Below are positions 39,878-49,284 of a stretch of DNA of 64,000 bases, in pieces (the stretch's first letter is position 1; each line of letters opens with the position of its first letter). Source of the stretch: Nannocystis bainbridge (GTDB lineage: Bacteria > Myxococcota_A > Polyangia > Nannocystales > Nannocystaceae). The position numbers and the translations under genes are program-made. The DNA lies in NCBI RefSeq assembly GCF_028368995.1, contig NZ_JAQNDL010000001.1:2112001-2176000 (forward strand). The letters are read 5' to 3'. Under the pieces are notes generated by a model, which searched no databases, had not been told where the DNA came from, and saw nothing but the letters and a program-made list of their open reading frames with translations.

Positions 39878-40729
39878 ATGTTCGTCCTGCCCCTCGCCGA
39901 GCGCATGATCCGGCGGCGCCTCGTCTCCCTCGGGATCGCCAGCCGGTACCACGCCACGCCGCAGGGGCGGCTGCACTATTATGAGGCCCGCGGCGAGGCT
40001 GAAGCGCCGCCCGTCGTCATCCTCCACGGCTTCGGCGCCAGCGGCAGCAGCTACGGGCGGGTGCTCGCCCTGCTGCGGCGGCGGGTCGGCCAGATCTGGG
40101 TCCCCGAGGCGCCGGCGCACGGGTTCAGCACCAGCGCCAGCGGCCAGCTCACCGTCGACGACGCCTACGCCGCGATGGCGCATTTCCTCGACGCCCGGGT
40201 GCGCGAGCCGGCGATCCTGTTCGGCAACTCGCTCGGGGGCGCGTTCGCCATCCGTTACGCGCTCGAGCAGCCCGACAAGGTCCGCGGCCTGCTGCTGGCC
40301 TCGCCCGCCGGGGCTTTGCTCGACGCCCAGGACTTCGCCGCCCTGACCGGCAGCTTCCGCGTCCGCTCGCTCGGTCAGGCGCGCGATCTCCTCGACCGCC
40401 TCTATCACGAGCCGCCCTGGTACAACACGCTCCTGGCCCCAGACATCCTGCGCCGCTTCGCGCTCGGTCCGCTGCGCCACTGCCTCGAGTCGTTCCGGCC
40501 CGAGCACATGTTTACCGCCGAAGAGCTCGCCGCCCTGCGGCCGCCGACCCTGCTCCTCTGGGGTCGGTCGGAGCGGCTGCTCCCGAGCGCCTCGCTGGAG
40601 TTCTTTCGCCGGGCCGTGCCGGCCCACGTGCGCATCGAGGAGCCGGACGAGTTCGGCCATTGCCCCTATCTCGATCGGCCGCGCGCCGTGGCCGACCGGA
40701 TCGCCGCCTTCGTCGACGAGCTGAGGTGA
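39878..40729 (+). CDS. Alpha/beta hydrolase
   Basis: LHGFG, FGNSLGG, GHCP. Confidence 0.85.
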   Translation: MFVLPLAERMIRRRLVSLGIASRYHATPQGRLHYYEARGEAEAPPVVILHGFGASGSSYGRVLALLRRRVGQIWVPEAPAHGFSTSASGQLTVDDAYAAMAHFLDARVREPAILFGNSLGGAFAIRYALEQPDKVRGLLLASPAGALLDAQDFAALTGSFRVRSLGQARDLLDRLYHEPPWYNTLLAPDILRRFALGPLRHCLESFRPEHMFTAEELAALRPPTLLLWGRSERLLPSASLEFFRRAVPAHVRIEEPDEFGHCPYLDRPRAVADRIAAFVDELR

Positions 40730-40847
40730 ACAGCCCGCGACCTGCGCCTGCGGGGTGAGCCGCCGGTGCGGACCTGTCCGAGACTTCCGGTTTCGCCGCG
40801 CCGCAGGCGCCCTCCGGTTCTCCCGCAAGCGGTGCTAAGGTGGCGTC

Positions 40848-41225
40848 GTGGCCCATCCCGGCGTGGTCTTCCTCGACGATGACGAGGATTTGCGCGAGCT
40901 GTTCGTGGACGTCGTCGCCCTGTTCGCCGAGCGCGACTGCTTGACCGTCGGCAGCGTCGACGAGCTGGTCGAGCAGCGCAAGCGCGTGCTCGCGGCGGAG
41001 CTCATCATCCTCGACATCAACCTCGGGCCCGGCCTGCCGAGCGGGCTCGACGCCTACAAGTGGCTGCGCGAGCAGAACTACGGCGGCCGGGTCGTGTTCC
41101 TCACCGGTCATGCCGCCTCGCACCCGCTGGTCGCCGAGGCGCGGCGGCTCGCCGGCGTGCGGGTCTACGAGAAGCCGCTGCCGGTGCCGACCATCGCGCG
41201 GCTGCTCGAGCGGGAGCCGGATTGA
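40848..41225 (+). CDS. Single-domain response regulator (receiver)
   Basis: FLDDD, ILDINL, FLTG, EKP. Confidence 0.88.
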   Translation: MAHPGVVFLDDDEDLRELFVDVVALFAERDCLTVGSVDELVEQRKRVLAAELIILDINLGPGLPSGLDAYKWLREQNYGGRVVFLTGHAASHPLVAEARRLAGVRVYEKPLPVPTIARLLEREPD

Positions 41226-42088
41226 CGACCCGCGGCTTCGCGGCGCTGCACGCCCGTCACGTCTGGCGCGGCACGTTCATCGCCGCGGCGCTCAACGCCT
41301 GCCTCTACCCGCTCGACCTCCTGCGCGGGCGCGACATCGGCCCGGCCCCGTGGTGGCCCGTCCTGGGCTCGAGCGTGATCGGCCTGGCGATCGCCGTCTT
41401 CATCCTCGTCGTCCATCGCCGGCGGCCGCAGAGCGTGCGCTTCGGCTCGGCCCTCTTCATCGTCAACCAGGCCGCCATCCTGCTCGCCGCCCAGCTCATG
41501 GGCCCGCATCAGCTGCAGGACCCGAACCTCATCCCGTTCCAGGTCCACAAGCTCGGCACCTTGACCGTCGCCATCCTCGCCCCCGAGCGCTGGGCCGGCC
41601 TGCTCTGCATCGCCGCGTTCGCGCTGATCCCGTTCTTCCAGTTCTTCCGCCTGGACCCGGGGCAGCAGGCCCGCATCGACACCAGCGAGCCGCTGGTCCT
41701 GCTCGTCTACGGCGCGGTCGCGGCCGTGCTGCTGCTGTACCGCCTGCGCGGCCTCGCCACGGAGCGCGCGCTCGTCCAGGTCCAGACCGAAGCCGCCGAC
41801 GCCCGCCGCACCGCCCGCCTGCTGCTCGCGGTGCGCGACCTCTCGAACACGCCGCTGCAGGTCATCGCGCTCGCCAGCGCCGCCGCGCGCCGCCGCAGCC
41901 CTGGGCTCGGCGAGCCGCTCGACCGCCTCGACCGCGCGCTCGAGCGGCTGCGCGCCCTGCATCAGCCGCTCAAGATGTACGAGGCCGATCTCGAGTGGCG
42001 CCCCGGCGACGAGTCGATCGACGCCGAGGCGGTCCTGGCAGCCGCCGAGTTCGAGGCCCGCGCCCGCCGCTCGAGCAGCTCGCTCTGA
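41222..42088 (+). CDS. Multi-TM membrane protein with degenerate HisKA-like helix and no ATPase domain
   Basis: About 6 TM segments; AVRDLSNTPLQVI resembles the H-box 'HDLxNPL' with His replaced by Arg; TTG start overlaps the receiver stop. Confidence 0.6.
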   Translation: MTTRGFAALHARHVWRGTFIAAALNACLYPLDLLRGRDIGPAPWWPVLGSSVIGLAIAVFILVVHRRRPQSVRFGSALFIVNQAAILLAAQLMGPHQLQDPNLIPFQVHKLGTLTVAILAPERWAGLLCIAAFALIPFFQFFRLDPGQQARIDTSEPLVLLVYGAVAAVLLLYRLRGLATERALVQVQTEAADARRTARLLLAVRDLSNTPLQVIALASAAARRRSPGLGEPLDRLDRALERLRALHQPLKMYEADLEWRPGDESIDAEAVLAAAEFEARARRSSSSL

Positions 42089-42158
42089 GCCGCACGACCC
42101 GAGCAGCGCGAGGCGTCACGTCGCTCGCGGCGGCGCCGTCGCGCGAACATCTCGCGCC

Positions 42159-42186
42159 GACATGTCCCGTGGGCCATGTCACGAGG
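42159..42186. repeat. 14-bp motif pair
   Basis: gacatgtcccgtgg|gccatgtcacgagg. Confidence 0.6.
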
Positions 42187-42284
42187 ATCGCCAGTCGGCG
42201 CTCCCGGGATGTCCGCCAGGACATCTCTCGTCATTCACACGCCAGCGAGACGGACACACCAACCTGTCCGGAAGAACAGATTGA

Positions 42285-42467
42285 CCGCACACCCCGCCAA
42301 CGCCGAGCGCCGGCCTTTCGCGCCGGCGCCGGTCACATGTCCCTCGGGACAGCTTGCTACAGCTTGAACTCGATCGTCCGCACACCCCGCAAACGCCGAG
42401 CGCCGGCCTTTCGGGCCGGCGCCGGTCAGCTGTCCCACGGGACAGCTTACTGCAGCTTGAACTCGAT
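42285..42467. repeat. Tandem 90-bp direct duplication (42285-42374 and 42378-42467) of the ompA-like gene 3' end and its terminator
   Basis: Both copies read CCGCACACCCCGC.AACGCCGAGCGCCGGCCTTTCG.GCCGGCGCCGGTCA..TGTCCC.CGGGACAGCTT.CT.CAGCTTGAACTCGAT. Confidence 0.9.
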
Positions 42468-43901
42468 GCGGCGGTTCTGCGACTTGCCCTTGGCCGTCTT
42501 GTTGTCGGCGATCGGCTCGTCGGGGCCGGCGCCGCGGGTGGTGATCCGGCCGGCGTCGAGGCCCTTGTCGACCATGTACTGCTTGACCGCGTCAGCGCGC
42601 CGCTTCGAAAGGTCGACGTTGTGGTCGCGGTCGCCGGTGCTGTCGGTGTGGCCGCTGACCTCGACCTTGACGTCGGGGAAGTCCTTCAGGACCTTGACCG
42701 CGTTGTCGAGGGTCGGCCGCGACGTCTTCTTGATCGTGTCCTTGTCGACGTCGAAGAAGATGCCCTTGATCACCCCGGTGAACTTGGTGACCTGCTTCGG
42801 GATCTCGTCGGCGCAGCCGTCGGAGTCCTGGTAGTTGTTCTTCGTCTCCGGGACGTCCGGGCACTTGTCCTCGGCGTCGGGGATGCCGTCCTTGTCGCGG
42901 TCGGGCGGCGGGCAGCCGTCGGGCGCCACGCCCGGGACCTGCGGGCACTGGTCCTTGCTGTCGACGAAGCCGTCGCCGTCGCTGTCCTTCTCCGGGCAGC
43001 CGTCGGGCGCCACGCCCGGCTCCTGCGGGCACGCGTCCTGGCTGTCGAGGAAGCCGTCGCCGTCGCTGTCCGGCTCGGGAGTGGCCAGCGGGCAGCCGTC
43101 GGGCGCCACGCCCGGGGTCGTCGGACACTTGTCGACCTTGTCCTTGTAGCCGTCGCCGTCGCTGTCCGGCTCGGGCGCCGGCGCCGGCTTCTTCTTGTTG
43201 AGGACGAGCGACAGGCCGAGCAGCACCTCGAGGTGGTTGGTGCGGCCGCCGTCGGTCCGGTACTGCGCGGTCGCGTTGTCGCGGACGTCGACGCGCAGCA
43301 GCAGGCGCTCGTTGACGTAGAACTTCACGCCGCCGCCGAAATGGAGCGTCGGGTCGATGTCCTTACCCAGTCCGCTGGTGCCCATCAGGCCGTACCCGAT
43401 GAGGGCGAACGGAGCCACCCGATACGGCAACTGCAAGATACCGTAACCGCGGAACATCCCGATCACCGCGCTCTGATTCGAGGTCGCGGTCTTGGTCGGC
43501 GCCACTCCGCCCTCGATCTCGAGGCCGAGGAACGGCAGCGGGTAGTAACCGAACCGCAGGCCGATGTCGGGCGCGACCGTCTTGTACGGCTGCCAGGTCA
43601 CGCTGGGGTCGCTGGGGTTGTAGAGCTCGTGCTCCTTCGACGGCAGCAGGATGCCGCCGTAGATGCCGAGCTCGAGCTGATGGCGGGTCGGGCGGTGGCG
43701 CTTGATCCACGGCGTGCCGTCGCGGTCGGCCGCGCGCTCCTTCTTCTTCGCCTGCTTCGACGCCTTGGCGTCGGTCGACGCGCCGGCCGGCGAGACGGTC
43801 ACCGAACCGCCCGCTGCCGCGCCGGCGGGCTCGGCCGCGCGCGCGGTCGAGGAGATGGAGAGGGCCACGGCTGCCACGACAGAGGACGAGAATTTGGACA
43901 T
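42447..43901 (-). CDS. OmpA-family outer-membrane protein: beta-barrel, TSP type-3 repeats and OmpA_C (TraB-like architecture)
   Basis: Signal peptide; DSDGDG..D..D.CP..PG....GCP repeats; GHTDSTG....N..LS.RRA..V; NRRIEF. Confidence 0.9.
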   Translation of the reverse strand: MSKFSSSVVAAVALSISSTARAAEPAGAAAGGSVTVSPAGASTDAKASKQAKKKERAADRDGTPWIKRHRPTRHQLELGIYGGILLPSKEHELYNPSDPSVTWQPYKTVAPDIGLRFGYYPLPFLGLEIEGGVAPTKTATSNQSAVIGMFRGYGILQLPYRVAPFALIGYGLMGTSGLGKDIDPTLHFGGGVKFYVNERLLLRVDVRDNATAQYRTDGGRTNHLEVLLGLSLVLNKKKPAPAPEPDSDGDGYKDKVDKCPTTPGVAPDGCPLATPEPDSDGDGFLDSQDACPQEPGVAPDGCPEKDSDGDGFVDSKDQCPQVPGVAPDGCPPPDRDKDGIPDAEDKCPDVPETKNNYQDSDGCADEIPKQVTKFTGVIKGIFFDVDKDTIKKTSRPTLDNAVKVLKDFPDVKVEVSGHTDSTGDRDHNVDLSKRRADAVKQYMVDKGLDAGRITTRGAGPDEPIADNKTAKGKSQNRRIEFKLQ

Positions 43902-44284
43902 GGTCGAACCCACGCTGAGACGACGACCGTCACGCGAGCGACGGCGACCGGTTTGTACATAAGATCGCGGGCGCTGCCTAGACGAATTGCTCGCGATGCG
44001 ACGACGGCGATCCCACGGATCCGCCACCAACCTCCCCAAACGCGACCTGTACGTTACGCCAGGTTGGCCGCTTTGGGGCTCGTAAACGGGCGTTTTGGCG
44101 GGAATTATTGCGAGCACCTGGGCGCCCGATCCGCGCCCGCCCGCGCCCGCCCGCCCGCCATCTGTATTTTGGGACATGTCGCCAGGGACCCGGGGAGGTC
44201 GTCGTCGCCCCCGGGTTTGCCTGTGCGCGAGCGACGTCGTCGCCACGCTTGACGCCTCGGTACGGCCGCGCTCACCATCCCCGC

Positions 44285-46630
44285 ATGTTTCGAATTGATG
44301 TGCGAACCAGCTTGGTAGGCGGCCTCGGCCTGCTCGCGCTCGAGGGCTGCGGCAACGTGTGCGGCGACGACGGCCTCGTGTGGAATCAGGCCGACAACCC
44401 CGCGTGTCAGCAGGTCACCGCGAGCGTGGGCGACACCGAGACGACCGAGTCGACGACGAACGATCCGACCGACACCGCGCCGACGACGACGACGACCGAC
44501 ACGCCGACGTCGACCATGGGCTCGGGCGAGATGTGGTGCAAGGACGCCGACGGCGACGGCTTCGGCGACCCGACGATGTGTCAGCCGGACATGTTCCCCG
44601 GCTCGGTGCCGAACGCCGACGACTGCGCCGACGACAACGCCGACGCGTTCCCCGGCTCGGCGGAGCTCGACTCGATGACCGCGTGCATGGAGGACGCCGA
44701 CGGCGATGGTTGGGGTGACAGCGATCCGCCCGAGGGCGTCGAGCCTGGCACCGACTGCGCCGACGACAACGCCAACGCGTACCCGGGCGCGGCCGAGATC
44801 GAGTCGATGACGGCCTGTATGGAGGACGCCGACGAGGACGGCTGGGGCGACGACATGCCGCCCGAGGGCGTCACGCCCGGCACCGACTGCAACGACGACA
44901 ACAGCACGATCTTCCCCGGCGCGGCCAAGGACCTGCCGCCCGACCAGTGCACGCAGGACTCCGACGGCGACGGCTCGGGCGACAGCATGCCCGACGACCC
45001 CGACGTCCCGCCGGGCAACGACTGCGCCGACGACGACCCGTTCACCTTCCCCGGCGCCGCGCCCAACGACAGCGCCGAGGCGTGCATGACCGACGCCGAC
45101 GGCGACGACTGGGGCGACGACATGCCGACGGTGCCCGAGGCGGTGCCCGGCACCGACTGCGCCGACGACAACCCGCACGCCTTCCCCGGCTCGGCCGAGA
45201 ACGACTCCGCCAACGCCTGCATGGAGGACGAGGACGGCGACGGCTGGGGCGACGACATGCCGCCCGAGGGCGTCACGCCCGGCACCGACTGCAATGACAC
45301 CGACGCGGCCACCGGCCCCGGCGTGGCCGAGAACGAGGTCGACCCGAACGTGTGCCAGACCGACGGCGACGGCGACGGCTGGGCCGATCCGGACCCGGAC
45401 GACGACGACGCCGTGCCCGGCACCGACTGCGACGACAACGATCCGTTCACCTTCCCCGGCGCCGCGCCCAACGACGACCCGACGGCGTGCATGACCGACG
45501 CCGACGAGGACGACTGGGGCGACATGATGCCGGGCTCCGGCGTCACGCCCGGCACCGACTGCACCGACCGCGACCCGCTCGTGCACGAGAACTGCGCCCG
45601 CTGCGAGCCGAACCAGGTCAAGTGCGTCGACAAGGACCTCCACACCTGCAACGGCGAGGGCTCCGCCGAGAGCGTCGTCACCTGCGACAACGGCTGCGAC
45701 GACGCCGGCCTCAAGTGCTGGGACCCGCTCTCGGTCGAGGCTGGCGACAGCATCTGCGTCGACCTCGGCATGCCGGCCCAGCTGAGCGCCGTGGCCATGG
45801 GCGGCGACGGCGACTACGACTACAGCTGGTCGCCGGCCGCCACCCTGAACGATCCGGCGATCGCCAACCCGGCGGCGACTCCGCTCGGTCCGACCACCTA
45901 CACCATCGACGTCAACGACGGCGAGGGCAACACCGCGTCGGACAGCGTCACCGTCTACCTCAAGAACCAGACGCTGCAGCTCGACCCCGACATCTGCGAC
46001 ACCTACGACTTCCCGGGCGCCGGCGAGGACGCCGATCCCGCGACCAACTGGTCGTGGAACGACAACACGCAGACGCTGTGCCAGACGGTCAACGGCAAGA
46101 GCGCGGCGCTGTTCTGCGGCTGGGACCTCGACAACGCCACCATCACCGGCACCTTCCAGGTCACCGACGACGTCAACGACGACGACTGGATCGGCTTCAT
46201 GTGGGGCCTCCAGAACACCGACCACTACTACCTGTTCTCGTGGAAGCGCATCGGTCAGAACTTCGCCAACTGCGGCGGTCAGCTGCCCGCGGGCATGCAG
46301 GTCAAGGTCATCGACGTCGCCGACCCGATGGTCGCCCCGCAGACCTGCGCCGACCGGCTCCAGCCGGCCGACACCGTCAACTCGAAGCTGCTCGTGCCCG
46401 TCGGCGAGTTCACCACCACCGGCTGGGCCGAGGCCACCGAGTACACCTTCGAGCTGACCCACAAGGCCGGCGGCGAGATGACCATCATCGTCCGCCTCAA
46501 GGCCAACAACAACGTCGTCGCCATGAAGACCTTCATGGACACGACCTACGCCAGCGGCAAGTTCGGCATGTACACCAAGTCGCAGGTCAACGCCTGCTTC
46601 TCCAACTTCGTCGCCAGCTGCGTGCCCTGA
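44285..46630 (+). CDS. Thrombospondin-like lipoprotein: Ca-binding DxDGDG/DC.D repeats plus TSP C-terminal (L-lectin) domain
   Basis: LEGC lipobox; about 8 repeats of C..D.DGDGWGD...PGTDC.D.....FPGAA; DDDWIGFMWG...YYLFSWK...TYASGKFGMYTKSQ..FSN...C. Confidence 0.8.
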   Translation: MFRIDVRTSLVGGLGLLALEGCGNVCGDDGLVWNQADNPACQQVTASVGDTETTESTTNDPTDTAPTTTTTDTPTSTMGSGEMWCKDADGDGFGDPTMCQPDMFPGSVPNADDCADDNADAFPGSAELDSMTACMEDADGDGWGDSDPPEGVEPGTDCADDNANAYPGAAEIESMTACMEDADEDGWGDDMPPEGVTPGTDCNDDNSTIFPGAAKDLPPDQCTQDSDGDGSGDSMPDDPDVPPGNDCADDDPFTFPGAAPNDSAEACMTDADGDDWGDDMPTVPEAVPGTDCADDNPHAFPGSAENDSANACMEDEDGDGWGDDMPPEGVTPGTDCNDTDAATGPGVAENEVDPNVCQTDGDGDGWADPDPDDDDAVPGTDCDDNDPFTFPGAAPNDDPTACMTDADEDDWGDMMPGSGVTPGTDCTDRDPLVHENCARCEPNQVKCVDKDLHTCNGEGSAESVVTCDNGCDDAGLKCWDPLSVEAGDSICVDLGMPAQLSAVAMGGDGDYDYSWSPAATLNDPAIANPAATPLGPTTYTIDVNDGEGNTASDSVTVYLKNQTLQLDPDICDTYDFPGAGEDADPATNWSWNDNTQTLCQTVNGKSAALFCGWDLDNATITGTFQVTDDVNDDDWIGFMWGLQNTDHYYLFSWKRIGQNFANCGGQLPAGMQVKVIDVADPMVAPQTCADRLQPADTVNSKLLVPVGEFTTTGWAEATEYTFELTHKAGGEMTIIVRLKANNNVVAMKTFMDTTYASGKFGMYTKSQVNACFSNFVASCVP

Positions 46631-46632
46631 GA

Positions 46633-46660
46633 GACATGTCCTTCGGGACATGACCCGAGA
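46633..46660. repeat. 14-bp motif pair
   Basis: gacatgtccttcgg|gacatgacccgaga (contains TGTCC-TTCG-GGACA). Confidence 0.7.
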
Positions 46661-46689
46661 GGCCGCCGCGTCCCCGACGCGGCGGCCTC
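46659..46689. terminator. 14-bp perfect hairpin between convergent genes
   Basis: GAGGCCGCCGCGTC-CCC-GACGCGGCGGCCTC. Confidence 0.6.
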
Positions 46690-46699
46690 GCTGCGTGGG

Positions 46700-47866
46700 T
46701 CAGCCCACCGTCAGCGGCAGCGCCCGGCCGTCGGCTTCGACGCGCAAGGCCCAGCGGCGCCCCTCGTCGGCGAGCATCACGATCGCGTGCTGCCCGCGAT
46801 CGAACACCTCGGCCATCGGGTACTCGCCCGCCCCCGTCACGCGGAACACCTCCGGCGCGTGCTCGGCGTCGGTGAGCGTACCGAGCCGCCCGACCAGCGC
46901 CTCCTCCTCGGTCCACAGGCCGAGCACGCGCTCGCCCAGCAGGTGCAGCGCGCCGCCGAGGAAGCGCTCCTCGTCGCCGCGCAGGTGCTCGGTGGCGAAC
47001 GCCTCGGGCCCGGGGACCGTCAGCAGGGTCCACGCCGAACCGCGGTCGTCGCACCAGAACACCCGGCCGACGCCGTCGATGTCGTTGACCTGCAGCGCCA
47101 GGCTCTCGAGCGGCAGCTGCTCGAGCGGCGTCCATCGGCCCGCGCGCACGAACGCCGTCACGAGCAGCGGCGGATCTGCGCCCATCGACACCCCGATCGC
47201 CAAAAAGCCGTCGTCCGAGCCGCCGCGCAGGTGCGCCCAGCACGGGTAATAGTGCTCCTGACCGAACTCGAGCCGACCCAGATCGATGCGCGGCCCCAGC
47301 CCGGTCGCCTCCACCCGTCGCAGCAGCAGCTCGCGCCCGTGGCCCTCCCGGCGCGAGCTGAACAGCCACTCGCCGTGGACCCCCTGGAACTCCTCGCCCG
47401 GCAACCAGTCGGCCAGCGGCGCGCGCGTCACGGCGCCGTCGGGCCGGCCGATCGCCACCAGCGGGCGGTGGTCGGCCTCGACGCCGAGGAACGAGCCATC
47501 GGCCAGCACGCATTCGACCGCCGTGCGCCCGAGCACCGCCGCGATCGGCGGCTGGCCCTCGAGCGGGAGCAACAGCGTCTCCCCGTGAGTCCTACGCTGG
47601 CGCAGCCACCAGCCGGAGGCGCTCGGGATCAGCGCGAACTCGTCGGCCGCGAACTCGTCGGGGTCGCCGAGGCGAAGCTCCCGCACGACCCGCCGCCGCA
47701 CCGGCGCTGTCGGCTCGTCGGCGAACACCAGCAGCGTCGGCGGGGCGAAGAAGAACAGCGCCACCTCGGCCGCGGACCGGCCGACGAGCGGCGGCCTGTC
47801 GGCCTCGATCAAGACCGCGAGCGGCACCGCCTCGCCGCCCGCGTGGAGCATCGGCATCTGGCTCAT
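46700..47866 (-). CDS. Hypothetical protein (possibly beta-propeller)
   Basis: Start refined to MSQMPML; typical codon usage; no motif recognised. Confidence 0.55.
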   Translation of the reverse strand: MSQMPMLHAGGEAVPLAVLIEADRPPLVGRSAAEVALFFFAPPTLLVFADEPTAPVRRRVVRELRLGDPDEFAADEFALIPSASGWWLRQRRTHGETLLLPLEGQPPIAAVLGRTAVECVLADGSFLGVEADHRPLVAIGRPDGAVTRAPLADWLPGEEFQGVHGEWLFSSRREGHGRELLLRRVEATGLGPRIDLGRLEFGQEHYYPCWAHLRGGSDDGFLAIGVSMGADPPLLVTAFVRAGRWTPLEQLPLESLALQVNDIDGVGRVFWCDDRGSAWTLLTVPGPEAFATEHLRGDEERFLGGALHLLGERVLGLWTEEEALVGRLGTLTDAEHAPEVFRVTGAGEYPMAEVFDRGQHAIVMLADEGRRWALRVEADGRALPLTVG

Positions 47867-47923
47867 GCCGCCGGCATATCGCGCCGCCACCCGCCTGTCG
47901 AGCGTGCACCGCGGCCGACTTCG

Positions 47924-47965
47924 AACATGTCCTTCAGAACATGTCTCGGACACCATGTGACAGTC
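47924..47965. repeat. 14-bp-period motif array (3 units)
   Basis: aacatgtccttcag|aacatgtctcggac|accatgtgacagtc. Confidence 0.7.
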
Positions 47966-47978
47966 GAACCGCAACGAC

Positions 47979-48012
47979 GAGAGGCGCGCAGGCCAGAGCC
48001 TGCGCGCCTCTC
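47979..48012 (-). terminator. 15-bp perfect hairpin downstream of the hsp20 operon
   Basis: GAGAGGCGCGCAGGC-CAGA-GCCTGCGCGCCTCTC. Confidence 0.65.
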
Positions 48013-48071
48013 AGGATGCGCCTCTCGACGTGAACCTCCCTTCGCTCGGACGCGGGACGGAAGTGGTGCGA

Positions 48072-48483
<412 letters not shown>

Positions 48484-48527
48484 GGCTGAAAGTTCCTCTC
48501 GAGTGAATTCGTGGGGGTCGCGCGCGC

Positions 48528-48968
48528 TCAGGCCGCCTTGACGGTGATCTGCTTCGGCTGCGCCTCGGGGTGCTTGGGCATGGTCACGACCAGGAGCCCG
48601 TTCTTGAGCTCGGCGCTGACCTTGTCCACGTCGATGCGGGCCGGCAGCGCGAAGCTGCGGGAGAAGCGGAGGTCGCCGCGCTCGCGCCGGTGCACCGCGT
48701 AGCCCTTGGGGGCGGTCGCCTTGCGCTCGCCGGTGACGGTCAGGCTCTCCTGCGTGGCCGACAGTTGCAGCTCGGCGTCGGTGAGCCCGGGCACCTCGGC
48801 GACCAGGACGAACGCGTCCTTGGTGTCGCGCAGGCCGGCGCGCGGGAAGGCCAGCGGCTGGCCGCGGCCCTCGGTGTCGGCGTACTCGCGCAGCGCCTGG
48901 TCCATGCGCCGGCGGAGGCTGTCAAAGGTGCGCATTGGGTCGTTGAAGTCCATCCAGTAGCTCAGCAT
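48528..48968 (-). CDS. Hsp20/alpha-crystallin small heat-shock protein
   Basis: AEVPG...GER...RRER....FSRSF.LP..ID..KV.A.LKNGLL.VTMPK.....PKQITV. Confidence 0.92.
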   Translation of the reverse strand: MLSYWMDFNDPMRTFDSLRRRMDQALREYADTEGRGQPLAFPRAGLRDTKDAFVLVAEVPGLTDAELQLSATQESLTVTGERKATAPKGYAVHRRERGDLRFSRSFALPARIDVDKVSAELKNGLLVVTMPKHPEAQPKQITVKAA

Positions 48969-49146
48969 GGTCGTGTCTCCTGTGTCGCTCGTCGTCGGTT
49001 TTGGTGGTGCGTTCGAGGCTCCGCCGCGACCATCGGCCGGGCGGGCGCGTGACGGCCCGCCGATCGGTGGTAGCGTGGGTCTGCGCGCCGGAGCCCTCTG
49101 CGGGCTCCCCGGCGGCCTCGGCGGGTCGTCCCGCACCGGCGCTGAC

Positions 49147-49174
49147 AAACTATTGCCGCGTCTCCGAGTGTCAA
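49147..49174 (-). promoter_or_regulatory. Sigma70-like promoter for the hsp20 operon
   Basis: Minus strand TTGACA-N16-TAGTTT, about 180 nt upstream of the ATG. Confidence 0.45.
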
Positions 49175-49284
49175 GGGCGTCGCGAATCGCCGCGTCGTGT
49201 CCGCCTCACGCGCGCCCGACGCCGGCTCGCCCGCGACCCACTGTCACTCGCGACCGGCTGAGCTCGGCGCCAGGGCCGGCGCTG

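Noticed and set aside
49143-49174. Possible CIRCE element (TTGACACTC half-site) upstream of hsp20
   Set aside because: The second arm GAGTGCTAA at 9-bp spacing is absent.
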